A stretch of DNA of 64,000 nucleotides from Myxococcota bacterium (GCA_036338695.1 JAYZBQ010000048.1:256001-320000); one strand, 5' to 3'; numbered from the stretch's first letter, positions 27,655 through 37,859 are shown. A program made the numbers and translations. Notes: generated by a model not told the origin, from the sequence alone.

Positions 27655-27714
27655 CGTGAGCCTCCCGCCAACTGTGCGCCTATCTACGTTATTCATGGCG
27701 GCTTCGCTAGCTCG

Positions 27715-28761
27715 TTATTGAGCCAAAACAAGCAAGTTTGCCCCGTCGCTCGGCGGCAAATCGAGCCAGCCTTCGCGGACCCAAACCGGCTCCGCTTCGC
27801 TCATCAGCGAGCGAAAGGGTTTATCGGGGTTAAAGCGCCCCACAGCGAGTGGCAGGCTGAGGGCGGCGCCTGCCTCACGCCGGGCGATGACCAGCAAAGG
27901 GCGCTCAACGCGCTCGTCGGCGCGACCAAAAGCCAGCACCTCGGGCCGATCCGCTGGCGTCATAGGCACGAAGCGCCCCCACTCGAGCACCTCAAGCTGT
28001 CTGCGCAGCTGACCAAAGGGTCCATAGACGCGCTCGAGGTCATCGGCGAGGGCGTCATCGACCATGGGATAACCACGGAGCATGTACGCCAAGCCGATCC
28101 CGATCGGTGCCGCCTTCGCCGGCACATCCAAGCGCTCAAGTGGGTTGAGCACGCGCCCCGCTAGGTTGATCCCCAAGCGATGCTGCTGACGCACCAAAAA
28201 CTGCTCGAGGTCGTAGCCGGAGCATCGCCCGGTCAGGAACCGGCTAATCCCCGCCACACCCACAGGGTCAACGACCCCGTCCACCTGACCATCGAGCAGC
28301 TCATGATCGGGTCCTACGCCATGATCGACAAACAAAACAGCGCCCTCGGTCAGTCGAATAAACCGCTCGAACTCCAAGATCGCATCGGCTGGCCAATCGC
28401 CCGCTGATCGGATCACCACCCCTGCCAGATCGAGTTCCCAGAGCGGATGGATGTGTCGGGCGCGAAACTCGGACAGATAGCGCGCCGTGTGCTGACCCCG
28501 ACCCGGCGAGGGCAAGCCGACCTCTAAGAAGACGCCCAAACGTGCTCGCCGAGCCGCGCCCACGCACGCGTCGAGTTCGGCGCGATCCATCGGCGGATGA
28601 CCGAGGACCGCCGCGACGGAAGGAAGCTCTCGCCAAGGCGTCGGGATCAGTATGGCGTCGGCGTGCAAGCGCGCTGAACGCCCGATCGCCTGTCGCAAAC
28701 GATCTGGGGTGTCACCGCTTATGCTGAGCAAAATGGATGGAAAATGGCGTCGACGGGTCAT
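27715..28761 (-). CDS. Degenerate GH13 (alpha-amylase/neopullulanase-like) fold protein
   Basis: [48 protein letters not shown] resemble the GH13 scaffold; catalytic motifs not recognisable. Confidence 0.5.
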   Translation of the reverse strand: MTRRRHFPSILLSISGDTPDRLRQAIGRSARLHADAILIPTPWRELPSVAAVLGHPPMDRAELDACVGAARRARLGVFLEVGLPSPGRGQHTARYLSEFRARHIHPLWELDLAGVVIRSAGDWPADAILEFERFIRLTEGAVLFVDHGVGPDHELLDGQVDGVVDPVGVAGISRFLTGRCSGYDLEQFLVRQQHRLGINLAGRVLNPLERLDVPAKAAPIGIGLAYMLRGYPMVDDALADDLERVYGPFGQLRRQLEVLEWGRFVPMTPADRPEVLAFGRADERVERPLLVIARREAGAALSLPLAVGRFNPDKPFRSLMSEAEPVWVREGWLDLPPSDGANLLVLAQ

Positions 28762-28849
28762 CTTCGGCTATGCTCCCTCAGGTGATCCCAGCAATTGCTG
28801 CTTGTGGTTGGGTCCCACCCTGCCTTATCGAGCCGCTCAGGAGCCGTCC

Positions 28850-29122
28850 ATGCTGCAACGTGCGATCTTCGGACTCGGAACCACCGAACTGGTGATGGTT
28901 CTCGCTGTCGTTCTGATTCTCTTCGGACCCAAGAAGCTGCCCGAGCTCGCCAAGGGTCTCGGAAAAGGGCTGCGCGAATTCCGCAAAGCCTCGGACGAGG
29001 TAGGGCAGGCGATCCAAGAGGCCAGCATCGAAGAGATCGAAGCGCCGAAAGGGAGCGTGACCCCGACCGTCACCGCCGTGACGACCGAGCCCGAGGTGGT
29101 GGAGCAAGCGGAGCAGAAGTGA
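28850..29122 (+). CDS. tatA: Twin-arginine translocase TatA/TatB-family subunit
   Basis: FGLGTTEL...[29 protein letters not shown] upstream of ATG 28850. Confidence 0.92.
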   Translation: MLQRAIFGLGTTELVMVLAVVLILFGPKKLPELAKGLGKGLREFRKASDEVGQAIQEASIEEIEAPKGSVTPTVTAVTTEPEVVEQAEQK

Positions 29123-29874
29123 AGGGGATCGACCCCCACAACGCCTCATTTTTTGAGCACCTCGAAGAGCTTCGGGCGAGGCTGATTCGTTGCGTGGTGC
29201 TCGTGCTCATCGGGACCATCGTTGCGTTCTCGTTCAAGGAGCAGCTGTTCCGGTTCTTTATGATCCCGATTCAGCCCTTAATCGCCAAAGAGCCCGGCTT
29301 GCTCGCGGTGCTCAGCCCGCTTGAGATGTTCATCGTCTACCTCAAGCTCAGCTTGGTCGCGGCGATCGTCGTGACCTACCCGATCATCTTGTACCAGGTC
29401 TGGTCGTTCCTTGCCCCAGCCTTACGCGGGAACGAACGACGCGCCGTCTTCCCGTTCTTGTTCTTCGGCAGCGGAGCGTTTGTGCTCGGCGCCGCGTTTT
29501 GTTTCAGCCTGGTGCTGCCGACCGGCCTTGAGGTGCTCCACGGCATGCTCCCCGCCGAGGTCGAGGCGAAGTACTCCACGGCGTCCTACTTCGGACTGGT
29601 CACGCTGATGGTGCTTGCGTTCGGGCTGGTCTTTGACCTGCCTGTGCTGATGGTCCTGCTCGCAAAGGTCGGGATTTTGCACCCGCGCACGGTCGCCAAG
29701 TACCGACGCTACATTATCGTGGGGCTCTTCGTCGTCGGCGCGATGCTCACACCACCTGACCCCTACACCCAGGTGATGCTCGCTTTGCCGCTGTGGCTTC
29801 TTTTCGAGCTCGGCTTGATCGTCTCAAGGATGGTGATCAAAGCGTCACCGCCTAAGCCTGCGTCCAGCGACTAG
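29119..29874 (+). CDS. tatC: Twin-arginine translocase TatC
   Basis: [42 protein letters not shown] overlap with tatA. Confidence 0.93.
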   Translation: MKGIDPHNASFFEHLEELRARLIRCVVLVLIGTIVAFSFKEQLFRFFMIPIQPLIAKEPGLLAVLSPLEMFIVYLKLSLVAAIVVTYPIILYQVWSFLAPALRGNERRAVFPFLFFGSGAFVLGAAFCFSLVLPTGLEVLHGMLPAEVEAKYSTASYFGLVTLMVLAFGLVFDLPVLMVLLAKVGILHPRTVAKYRRYIIVGLFVVGAMLTPPDPYTQVMLALPLWLLFELGLIVSRMVIKASPPKPASSD

Positions 29875-30869
29875 AACTCAGCGCTCAGATCGATGTCACC
29901 CGATACGGACACCTGGTAGGCGCTGACGCGCCGCTCAAAGAAGTTCGCCAGCTCTTGGACGTCCTGCAGCTCCATGAAGCCAAAGGGATTGGTCGAGCCG
30001 TACACCGGGGTCATGCCCAGGTTGGTCAGACGCTGATCGGCGACGAACTGCAGATACTCTCGCATCGAGGCCGGGCTGAGCCCAGCGACGCCGAGGCTGA
30101 GCAGATCATCGCTGAAGGTCATCTCACACTCGATGGCTTCAGCGAGCATGGTCTTCACCTTCTCTTCCATCGCTGCGTCCATCAGGTCGGGCTCTTCCTT
30201 GCGCACGATCCGGATGACTTCAAAGGCGAAGTTCATGTGGCAGCTCTCATCACGGAAGACCCAGTTCGTGCCGGTCGCCAGACCGCTCAAGAGCCCCTTC
30301 GAGCGCAAGAAGTAGACGTAGGCGAAGGCGGCGAAGAAGAAGAGCCCCTCGATGCAGCAGGCGAAGCAGATCAGGTTGAGCAGGAACTTCTTGCGGTCCT
30401 CTTTCGTCGTGAGCTCCTCGAGCTCGTCGACCGAGTCCATCCACTTAAAGCAGAACTCTGCCTTTTGCTTGATGCTCGGGATGTTGTGGATCGCAGCGAA
30501 CGCCGCCTCGCGCTCCTTGGGATCCGGTACGTACGTATCCAGCAAGGTCAGATAGAACTGAACGTGGAGCGCCTCTTCATAGAGTTGGCGCGACAGATAC
30601 ATCCGCCCTTCCGGGCTGTTGATGTGCTTGTACAGGTTCAGCACCAGGTTGTTCGCAACGATCGAGTCACCGGTTGCGAAGAAGGCAACCAGGCGGTTGA
30701 TCAGGTGCTTCTCGGCGGGCGTCATTTTGTGCTGCAGGTCGGCGATATCCCTAGAGAAATCAACCTCTTCAACGGTCCATGTGTTCTTAATCGCGTCGCG
30801 ATACATCTCATAGAGTTGAGGGTAAGCCATGGGGCGAAGCGTCAGATTGAGTCCGGGATCGAGAATCAC
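29871..30869 (-). CDS. nrdB: Class Ia ribonucleotide reductase beta subunit
   Basis: FFATGD, EEALH..FY (radical Tyr), IEGLFF, RDESCH, NFFERRVSAY. Confidence 0.95.
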   Translation of the reverse strand: MILDPGLNLTLRPMAYPQLYEMYRDAIKNTWTVEEVDFSRDIADLQHKMTPAEKHLINRLVAFFATGDSIVANNLVLNLYKHINSPEGRMYLSRQLYEEALHVQFYLTLLDTYVPDPKEREAAFAAIHNIPSIKQKAEFCFKWMDSVDELEELTTKEDRKKFLLNLICFACCIEGLFFFAAFAYVYFLRSKGLLSGLATGTNWVFRDESCHMNFAFEVIRIVRKEEPDLMDAAMEEKVKTMLAEAIECEMTFSDDLLSLGVAGLSPASMREYLQFVADQRLTNLGMTPVYGSTNPFGFMELQDVQELANFFERRVSAYQVSVSGDIDLSAEF

Positions 30870-30920
30870 GTTGAAGTTACCTTATCGTGTCAAAAGGTGG
30901 TGCTGATGGAGGCGGCGAGG

Positions 30921-33341
30921 CTACTGGCAGTAGTCGCAGGATTCAGGGTTTTCGAGGCTACACAGTAGAGCGGCTTGGCGCTCATCTTGTTCCGACGAAG
31001 CGCTCGGTAATCCCGTCGTCGTCTGAGCGATTCGGGTCGCCGGGCGAGAGCGCAGGTAATAGGTCGTCTTCAGACCCGACTTCCAAGCGTAGAAGTACAT
31101 GGAGCTGAGCTTGTCGATCGTCGGGCTCTCCATGAAGAGGTTGAGGCTCTGGCTCTGGTCGATGTACGGCCCGCGCAAGGCAGCCATCTCGACCAGCGGC
31201 TTCTGGCTCAGCTCCCACGCCGTTCGGTAGCGCACCCTCAGATCGGCTGGGATCTCAAAGATATCTTGGATGGAGCCCTCGGCGAGCTTGATCTTGTTTC
31301 GGATCTCGGGGGTCCAGAGGTTGCGCTCGCGCAGCTCGGAGACGAGGTAGTTGTTGATCTGCAGGAACTCACCCGAGAGCGTCTCGCGCTTGAACAGGTT
31401 CGACACCTGCGGCTCGATGCATTCATAACATCCGACGATCGAGGCGATGGTCGCCGTCGGCGCAATGGCGACGAGCAGGCTGTTGCGAAGGCCGACCTCA
31501 GCGATCCGAGCTTTGAGCGCTTCGAAGCGCTCCGGCTGACTCGGCCTGGTGCCCCACAGGTCAAACTGCAGCTGCCCCTTCGCCGCACGCGTCTCCGGGA
31601 AGGTCTCGTGAGCGCCAAGCTCTTCGGCTAAGTCGGCGCTCGCCTTGAGCGCATGGTAATAGATCTCTTCAGCGATACGCGCCTGCAGTCGCTTCGCCTC
31701 TTCCGAGTCGAAGGGCAGGTTCAACTTGAAGAAGACGTCTTGGAGGCCCATCATCCCGAGCCCAACCGGGCGCCATTTCATGTTGCCGCGCCCCGCCTTA
31801 TCGATCGGGTACCAAGTCCGGTCGATCACACGATCCAGCTGGCGCACAGCGACGTCCACGGTCTCTCCGAGACGGGCGAAATCAAACCGACCGTCGGCCA
31901 CGTGGTTGCTCAGGTTAACCGAGCCCAAGTTGCACACGGCGGTCATGTCATCATGGGTGACCTCGATGATCTCGGTGCACAGGTTCGAAAGGTGGACAAC
32001 CCGCCCCTTCTCACCGGTCTGGTTGCACTTAAGGTTCGACGCATCCTTAAAGGTCATCCACCCGTTACCGGTCTGGGCGAGGCTCTTCATCATCCGCGAA
32101 TAGAGCTTGCGCGCCGAGATCGTCCGGAGCGCTTTTCCTTGAGCCTCCGCCTCGAGATACAGCGCACGGAACTCGTCGCCGTAGGTATCGCAAAGCTCCG
32201 GCACATCTTTCGGGTCAAACAAGCTCCAGTCCGAGCCGCTCGCAACCCGCTCCATGAAGAGGTCACAGACCCAGTTCGCCAGGTTCAGGTTGTAGGTCCG
32301 GCGCGCCTCGTCACCGGTGTTCTCACGCAGATCGAGGAAGGCCTCGATGTCGCCATGCCAAGGCTCAAGGTAGATGCAGCAGGCGCCTTTACGACGGCCA
32401 CCTTGGTTCACCGCCGCGACCGACGAATCGAGCGTCTTGAGCCACGGCACAATGCCGTTGCTCAAACCGTTGGTCCCACGAATCAAGGACCCTGCAGCGC
32501 GCACTCGATGAAAAGCGATGCCGATCCCCCCACCATGCTTGGAAAGACGCGCCACCTCTTTGTAGCGATCATAGATCGAGTCCAACGAGTCCTGAGGCGA
32601 GTCCACCAGGAAGCAACTCGACAGCTGCGGGTGCATGGTGCCGGAGTTGAACAGGGTCGGTGAGCTCGGGAGGTAATCGAAGTTCGAGAAGGTATCGTAG
32701 AGGCGAATCGCCTCCTCCGGCGTCTTCGCCAGCCCACAGGCCACGCGCATCAGCGAGGTCTGAGGGGTCTCGATCACGAGCCGCTCGGTCGGGTGCTTCA
32801 AGAGGTAACGATCATAGACCGTGCGCAAACCGAAGTACTGAAAGAGCTGGTTACGCTCCGGCTTGATCGCGCCATCGAGCTGCTCGCGATGGGCAGCGAC
32901 AAAGGCTGCGAGCGAGTCATTGATGATGCCGAGCTCTTGCCCCTTGAAAATGCCTTGCGAGAAGGTCGTGATGCCCTGCTCTCGAACCTCCTCCTGGATG
33001 AACTCGGCGAGCAAGCGCGCCGCGAGGAACGAATACTCAGGCTCCTCGCCGATCAGCAGCGCCGAGGTCTGGATCGCCAGCGCATCGAGCTCCTTCGTCG
33101 TGGCGCCATCGTAAAGACCGCCAATCGTACGCGTCGCGACAAACATCGGGTCCACGTGTTTGAGGCCGCCCGAACACTGCGCCACACGATTCACAATCCG
33201 GTTCACATCGACGAGCTCGAGGCGACCGTCACGTTTTTTGACGCGCATCGTGACGGGTACCCCTGTAGGGTGAGGCGTTGCGTGATTCGGCTGGTTTTCG
33301 GCGCCTTCAACGAGCTGTGCGGATTGGATATCTAAGGTCAT
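30921..33341 (-). CDS. nrdA: Class Ia ribonucleotide reductase alpha subunit with ATP cone
   Basis: VKKRDG ATP cone, SPTLFNSG, LSSCF, SNLCTEI, APTATIA, GLKTTYYLR, C-terminal CDYC. Confidence 0.96.
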   Translation of the reverse strand: MTLDIQSAQLVEGAENQPNHATPHPTGVPVTMRVKKRDGRLELVDVNRIVNRVAQCSGGLKHVDPMFVATRTIGGLYDGATTKELDALAIQTSALLIGEEPEYSFLAARLLAEFIQEEVREQGITTFSQGIFKGQELGIINDSLAAFVAAHREQLDGAIKPERNQLFQYFGLRTVYDRYLLKHPTERLVIETPQTSLMRVACGLAKTPEEAIRLYDTFSNFDYLPSSPTLFNSGTMHPQLSSCFLVDSPQDSLDSIYDRYKEVARLSKHGGGIGIAFHRVRAAGSLIRGTNGLSNGIVPWLKTLDSSVAAVNQGGRRKGACCIYLEPWHGDIEAFLDLRENTGDEARRTYNLNLANWVCDLFMERVASGSDWSLFDPKDVPELCDTYGDEFRALYLEAEAQGKALRTISARKLYSRMMKSLAQTGNGWMTFKDASNLKCNQTGEKGRVVHLSNLCTEIIEVTHDDMTAVCNLGSVNLSNHVADGRFDFARLGETVDVAVRQLDRVIDRTWYPIDKAGRGNMKWRPVGLGMMGLQDVFFKLNLPFDSEEAKRLQARIAEEIYYHALKASADLAEELGAHETFPETRAAKGQLQFDLWGTRPSQPERFEALKARIAEVGLRNSLLVAIAPTATIASIVGCYECIEPQVSNLFKRETLSGEFLQINNYLVSELRERNLWTPEIRNKIKLAEGSIQDIFEIPADLRVRYRTAWELSQKPLVEMAALRGPYIDQSQSLNLFMESPTIDKLSSMYFYAWKSGLKTTYYLRSRPATRIAQTTTGLPSASSEQDERQAALLCSLENPESCDYCQ

Positions 33342-33375
33342 GATCGGCTGGTTCCCCCTCTGAGTCTTCTGTCAC

Positions 33376-33391
33376 AGCAAAACCTGTTCCT
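33376..33391 (-). promoter_or_regulatory. Candidate sigma54 -24/-12 promoter of nrdAB
   Basis: Minus strand AGGAAC-AGGTT-TTGCT (GG-N10-GC), ending 34 nt before the nrdA ATG. Confidence 0.4.
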
Positions 33392-33595
33392 AACGCATGG
33401 CGCACGAACCATGCCCCCAGACGACACTGAGGATGCCAAAACAGTTCCTGATGTGAATCGACGGCAAGCGTTTGTTTACCGCCTAAAGCCAGTGGTATCG
33501 AAAGCAAATCGGCCGGGTCAACGATGCAATTTGATGTCTCGAATGAAGCGCTCGCCATTCAACCACAAAAACATCGCATTTTCCGTAACCAAGCG

Positions 33596-33665
33596 CGGCT
33601 ATCGCAACCCTAATTGAGCGCGGCCCCGGGGCCGCGGCCGCCCCCTTTATCACGCTCAATAGCCG
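33596..33665. other. Nested inverted repeat with an 18-bp perfect palindrome
   Basis: CGCGGCCCCGGGGCCGCG (33619-33636); ATTGAGCG/CGCTCAAT and CGGCTAT/ATAGCCG arms. Confidence 0.55.
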
Positions 33666-33819
33666 ACGAGATGCTTCCAGCGACTTCCGTTTCTAAGGGT
33701 GCTTCGGGGATGAGTTCTATGCAAAATCAGGATGATCGAACGGTGATCTAAAATCTACTCGAACCCCAAAACAGGTGAGTGTGCGCAAAATCACTTTTGA
33801 GGCATCCGCAATTTTCCCC

Positions 33820-34086
33820 TCAACTCGCTGTGCGTTCGCGCCGCTGGGTCAATAATTTGGCACGCTGATCGACCCGCTGCGCTTGGACAAGCAGCTCCCG
33901 CAGCCACTGCGCGCGCGTCATCTCAGCGTCCCACGCGCGCTGACGAAGCCACGCCTCCAACTCGATCGGTATCAAGACCTCAAGGCGCGCCTGCCCCGGA
34001 ACGAGCGAAGGGCCGCAGCCGCGATCGTGTCCCGTCTCCCAAAACTCCTGCTGATCCGCTGTCCAATTCACCCTCTCATGATCCAT
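33820..34086 (-). CDS. Small ribbon-helix-helix (CopG-like) protein
   Basis: ATG 34086 with GGAGG upstream; RLEVLIPIELEAWLRQRAWDAEMTRAQWLRELL fits a beta-alpha-alpha pattern. Confidence 0.55.
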   Translation of the reverse strand: MDHERVNWTADQQEFWETGHDRGCGPSLVPGQARLEVLIPIELEAWLRQRAWDAEMTRAQWLRELLVQAQRVDQRAKLLTQRRERTAS

Positions 34087-34555
34087 CGCTCCACCCTCCC
34101 AAGTGAACAACTCGCTCGCTGTAAACAGCCATCGTTTCGCTCCAACCGCCCCGCTCAAGCGGCGCCGAACACACCCACATGGCGCGGCTCCGATGCAGGG
34201 CACCGAGCGCCCGTCGAAAGACACGCTGCGCCGCAGCCGACGGTGGCTCGCTGTCAAACAACGCATCCAAATGATCAAAAACCACCAAACCCCGTCGGCG
34301 CAGCCGCAACCACGCCAGCAAGAAGTTGAGGGCATGCTCCATGCCGGTCGGCCGGTAGGCGCGAAACAGCGGATCTGCGCAAGCTCGCTGCACACGCCGG
34401 TCGAGGTGCCCGCTGACATCACCGTCGAACCAAACCACCGGCAGCGAGTGAGCGCGTGCGCGCACGCTCTGCGTCATACACCACTGCGTCTTTCCAGCCC
34501 CTTCCCCCCCAACGACCAGCGTTAGGCGGCCGCTGCTGAGTTCCGGCGTGGTCAT
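34076..34555 (-). CDS. Miniature RecA/KaiC/RadA-fold P-loop ATPase
   Basis: LTLVVGGEGAGKT (Walker A), VVWFDGD, LVVFDHL (Walker B); ATGA overlap with comM. Confidence 0.65.
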   Translation of the reverse strand: MTTPELSSGRLTLVVGGEGAGKTQWCMTQSVRARAHSLPVVWFDGDVSGHLDRRVQRACADPLFRAYRPTGMEHALNFLLAWLRLRRRGLVVFDHLDALFDSEPPSAAAQRVFRRALGALHRSRAMWVCSAPLERGGWSETMAVYSERVVHLGGWSDGS

Positions 34556-36060
34556 ACAGCCTCACCCAATCCCGCGACGCGCAGTTCAAACGCCTCGGCG
34601 AGGTGCCCAGGCTCGATGCGCTCTGCGCCGGCGAGGTCCGCAATGCTGCGAGCCACCTTGAGCAACCGAGTGACCGCCCGAGGTGATAGGTTGAGGCGAT
34701 CCGCGCTGCGCTCTAAGATCGCCAGCGCCTGCGACGTGGCGTCCACGGTCTTGACGATCTGTCCGCTCAGGTTTGCGTTGGCGCAGCCCTGGCGCTGCTC
34801 CGCGCGCCGGCGCGCCGCAGCGATCCGTGCGCGCAGCTCGATCGGGTCGTCGCACCCTGCCGCTGGCTCATCAAGAACAGCGCCTGCGCTCGGGCGCTCC
34901 ATCCGCACCTGAAGGTCGATTCGATCCAGGATCGGGCCGCTGATTTTGGATTGATAACGAGCCACCGTTGATGGAGCGCATCGACACCCGCGCTCGAGCG
35001 AGCCGTAGAAACCGCATGGACAGGGGTTCGATGCGGCGACGATCATCACGCACGCAGGGAAGCGAACTCGGCACCCTGCACGCGTCATCGTCAGGTGACC
35101 GTCCTCAAGCGGCTGACGGAGCGCCTCGAGCGCCCCGCGAGGAAACTCTGAGAATTCGTCGAGAAATAAAATCCCGCCGTGAGCGATGGTCACCTCACCT
35201 GGGCGCAGCGGGTTTCCACCGCCGACCATGCCCGCCGTGCTGATCGAATGATGCGGCGCCCTGAAGGGGCGCGCCGGGATGGCGGCCGGCGCTTCGCCCT
35301 CGACGACCGAGCGAATACGTAAGACCTCGAGCAGCTCTTGCCCCTCAAGCGGCGGCATCAGCGACGGCAGCGCCCGCGCCAAAAGCGTCTTGCCGGTTCC
35401 GGGGGGGCCAACGAGCAACAGATTGTGACCGCCGGTCAGCGCAATCTCAGCGGCTCGTTTCGCTTGAGCCTGCCCCCGAAGCTCCGCCCAAGACACCGCC
35501 TCTTCGACAGGGAGCGGTTCCGGTTCGGCGGGAGGAGCTGGGACGTACCGCCCCGTTTTCAGCCAGGTCAGCGCCGACTTGAGGTCGGGGCAGGCGATCA
35601 CCTCAAGCCCGTCGATCAGACCCGCCTCTCGGGCGTTCTGCGCCGGGACCACAGCGTAACGGGCGCCGGACTTTTGAGCTCGCTCCAAAATCGGAAGCAC
35701 GCCACGCACGGGCTGAAGCCGTCCATCGAGCGAGAGCTCGCCCAAGCAGACGCTTTGGTCGAGCCGGCTCTGGTCGATCGACTCGCCCTCGGCCAAACAC
35801 GCGACGGCGAGCGCCAGGTCGAGCGCGCTGCCCTCTTTGCGCAGCTCGGCAGGCGCGAGATTGAGCACAATGCGCTTCCTTGGCCACGAATAACCCGAGG
35901 CGCGCACCGCCTGCTCGACGCGAATACGCGCCTCTTTGAGCGCGGTGCCCGCTAACCCAACCAAATCAAAATAAGGAATGCCCGGGCGCAGGCTCGCCTC
36001 GACGCAGACGCGCTGCCCATCCACCCCCACCACAACGCCTGTGTACACAAAATGGGTCAT
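34552..36060 (-). CDS. comM: ComM/YifB Mg-chelatase-like AAA+ helicase
   Basis: NLAPAELRKEGSALDL, GPPGTGKT, RPFRAPHHSIS, FLDEFSEF, NPCPCG, ISGPILDRID. Confidence 0.93.
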   Translation of the reverse strand: MTHFVYTGVVVGVDGQRVCVEASLRPGIPYFDLVGLAGTALKEARIRVEQAVRASGYSWPRKRIVLNLAPAELRKEGSALDLALAVACLAEGESIDQSRLDQSVCLGELSLDGRLQPVRGVLPILERAQKSGARYAVVPAQNAREAGLIDGLEVIACPDLKSALTWLKTGRYVPAPPAEPEPLPVEEAVSWAELRGQAQAKRAAEIALTGGHNLLLVGPPGTGKTLLARALPSLMPPLEGQELLEVLRIRSVVEGEAPAAIPARPFRAPHHSISTAGMVGGGNPLRPGEVTIAHGGILFLDEFSEFPRGALEALRQPLEDGHLTMTRAGCRVRFPACVMIVAASNPCPCGFYGSLERGCRCAPSTVARYQSKISGPILDRIDLQVRMERPSAGAVLDEPAAGCDDPIELRARIAAARRRAEQRQGCANANLSGQIVKTVDATSQALAILERSADRLNLSPRAVTRLLKVARSIADLAGAERIEPGHLAEAFELRVAGLGEAV

Positions 36061-36171
36061 CGGAACCTCCGAGTCACCATCTCGCACGGAGTGTTCCAGA
36101 TCTTATCTGAAGTATTTTCAGCTAGTTAAGTTATGCCTGCTGGCGCGACCTGACCCAAACGCAACGCCCAC

Positions 36172-37116
36172 TCAACCGGGTTGAGACAGGCCGATGGCTC
36201 GGGCGTGGCGCAGATCTTGACCGTCCCGTTTGTAAAACCCTGCATAACGCGCCGCCAACGCCTGCTCGTCGTCAGGGAGGGCGCGCTGTCGGACAAAACG
36301 AAACTGCGCATCGATCCCGATGAGGTCGCCTTCAGCGAGAGGCTCCCAGATGTCCTCGGTCGAGATCGTCTCGCTAGCGATGAGCAGGTGGTTCACCTCT
36401 TTGGCGCGCAGCGGGTGCATGCAGGGAAGCTCCTGACCATCTCGCCAGCGAGAGCAGTCGTTCATCTTTTCACAGTAGCGCTTCTGCGTGGAGAAAAACA
36501 GACCACGCCCCAGCCGGTTGGCGACCATCGAGCGACCATCCGTCGCCAAGAAATTAATCAAGGGTGGCGGCGCGCCGGTCTCTTGAGCCAAGCGACAGAG
36601 CGTCCCAATGGTCGCTCTCATGGCGTCGAAGGCGACGATCCCCGGCGCCGGGGACTCGGGCGCAACACCTCGCAACCCGAGCTGCGTCAAAAACAAGTAA
36701 AAGCAGCGCTCCGAGTCCGTCTCACCTTGAACGAGAGGCCGAAACTCCGGGTCGATCTCATCCATCAAGAGGCGCTCGTAGTGTTCGAGCCCTTGCAGCG
36801 TCCCGTTGTGCGCAAACACCCAGCGCCCAGCAGAGAACGGGTGCGTATTCGTCAGGTCATGCCCACCGACCGTACCGAGCCGAACATGTGCGATCACCGT
36901 CTGGCTCCGCACGAAGCGGGCGAGGTTCGTGAAATCGCCATCACCGATGGCCTTGCTCAAGCCGCGCCGCAGAATGGGCGTGGTCCCTTCGAAGAACCCA
37001 ATCCCCCAACCGTCGGGGTTGCTCTCGCTCTGCTGCGCAAGCGCATTCTCGGCTAACACTAAGCTGTGGTGGACGCCGATGTTCACGGCGCTGCGAAACC
37101 CAAAAAGACGACACAT
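36172..37116 (-). CDS. Class II glutamine amidotransferase (YafJ/EgtC-like)
   Basis: N-terminal MCRLFG, PDGWG, IAHVR, NTHPF, FAHNG, GETDSE. Confidence 0.9.
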   Translation of the reverse strand: MCRLFGFRSAVNIGVHHSLVLAENALAQQSESNPDGWGIGFFEGTTPILRRGLSKAIGDGDFTNLARFVRSQTVIAHVRLGTVGGHDLTNTHPFSAGRWVFAHNGTLQGLEHYERLLMDEIDPEFRPLVQGETDSERCFYLFLTQLGLRGVAPESPAPGIVAFDAMRATIGTLCRLAQETGAPPPLINFLATDGRSMVANRLGRGLFFSTQKRYCEKMNDCSRWRDGQELPCMHPLRAKEVNHLLIASETISTEDIWEPLAEGDLIGIDAQFRFVRQRALPDDEQALAARYAGFYKRDGQDLRHARAIGLSQPG

Positions 37117-37119
37117 GGA

Positions 37120-37689
37120 CTAATGACTCACGACATACCAGAAGGCACCAATAAAGAGGGTTATCCCCAAAATGGCCACCGTTATCCACAGCCCGAGCGG
37201 ATTTTCAGGCTCGACCTCATCGTCGACACCCCAGCGCTGCTCTTCCGAGCGGCTCTTGAGCACATGCGTCAAGGTCACCTCGCCGGTCACCGAGTCCTGA
37301 CTTGCAGGCGGCTCAGCGCCGAGATGCTCGGCGAGCCGATGCATCAGATGGCGCAGGTAAAAGTCGCTCTGCTGGACGTGGCAAAGCAGCCCGAAGGCGG
37401 CGAAGAAGAGCTCGCTGCTTGGACCCCAGTCTTGAACCGTTTTTGAAGAGGGCACGGAATGGTCTCCGCCACCTTGCTCGGAGCCCGAGATCACCCCTCG
37501 CTCCCGCTCCCAGCGAACGACCAGCCCACCAAAGGTGAATTCTTGACGCATGATCTGCCCCTGCCGGTCGACCCACGAGACCACATCGGTCGTGTTCTCG
37601 CCACGATGCCAGATTCGACGCAGACCATCCCCCCGGAAGGTGGAGTCACCTACGAACACACGCTTTAAGCTTCCCGCCACACGACGCAT
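37120..37689 (-). CDS. Hypothetical protein with a C-terminal membrane helix
   Basis: Fits the run between pmbA and the GATase; C-terminus LWITVAILGITLFIGAFWYVV. Confidence 0.6.
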   Translation of the reverse strand: MRRVAGSLKRVFVGDSTFRGDGLRRIWHRGENTTDVVSWVDRQGQIMRQEFTFGGLVVRWERERGVISGSEQGGGDHSVPSSKTVQDWGPSSELFFAAFGLLCHVQQSDFYLRHLMHRLAEHLGAEPPASQDSVTGEVTLTHVLKSRSEEQRWGVDDEVEPENPLGLWITVAILGITLFIGAFWYVVSH

Positions 37690-37859
37690 CGTGCCTTCGT
37701 CACCAGCAAGAAGCAGTTTGCCAACCTGGCTGATCAGTTTGCGTTACTCCACCGCGGTCCATCCAAACGGATGCGCCTAGGCTACGCTGACCTGAACAGA
37801 ACTCAAAAAACGGACCACCTGAGACAACCTTGGCGCAGGCTGGTCTCCTTGTAAGTGGA

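Noticed and set aside
29955..33335. Long antisense ORFs over nrdA/nrdB (similar ones over gyrA, metK and PMM)
   Set aside because: Expected from high GC3 codon bias; no recognisable motifs
33342..33819. Cobalamin riboswitch or NrdR boxes upstream of nrdAB
   Set aside because: No GGGAA...GCcACTG B12-box pattern or clear NrdR palindrome seen by eye; a covariance scan would settle it
34452..34467. 16-nt alternating purine-pyrimidine tract
   Set aside because: Lies in coding sequence (SVRARA); treated as background for the gyrase-promoter tracts
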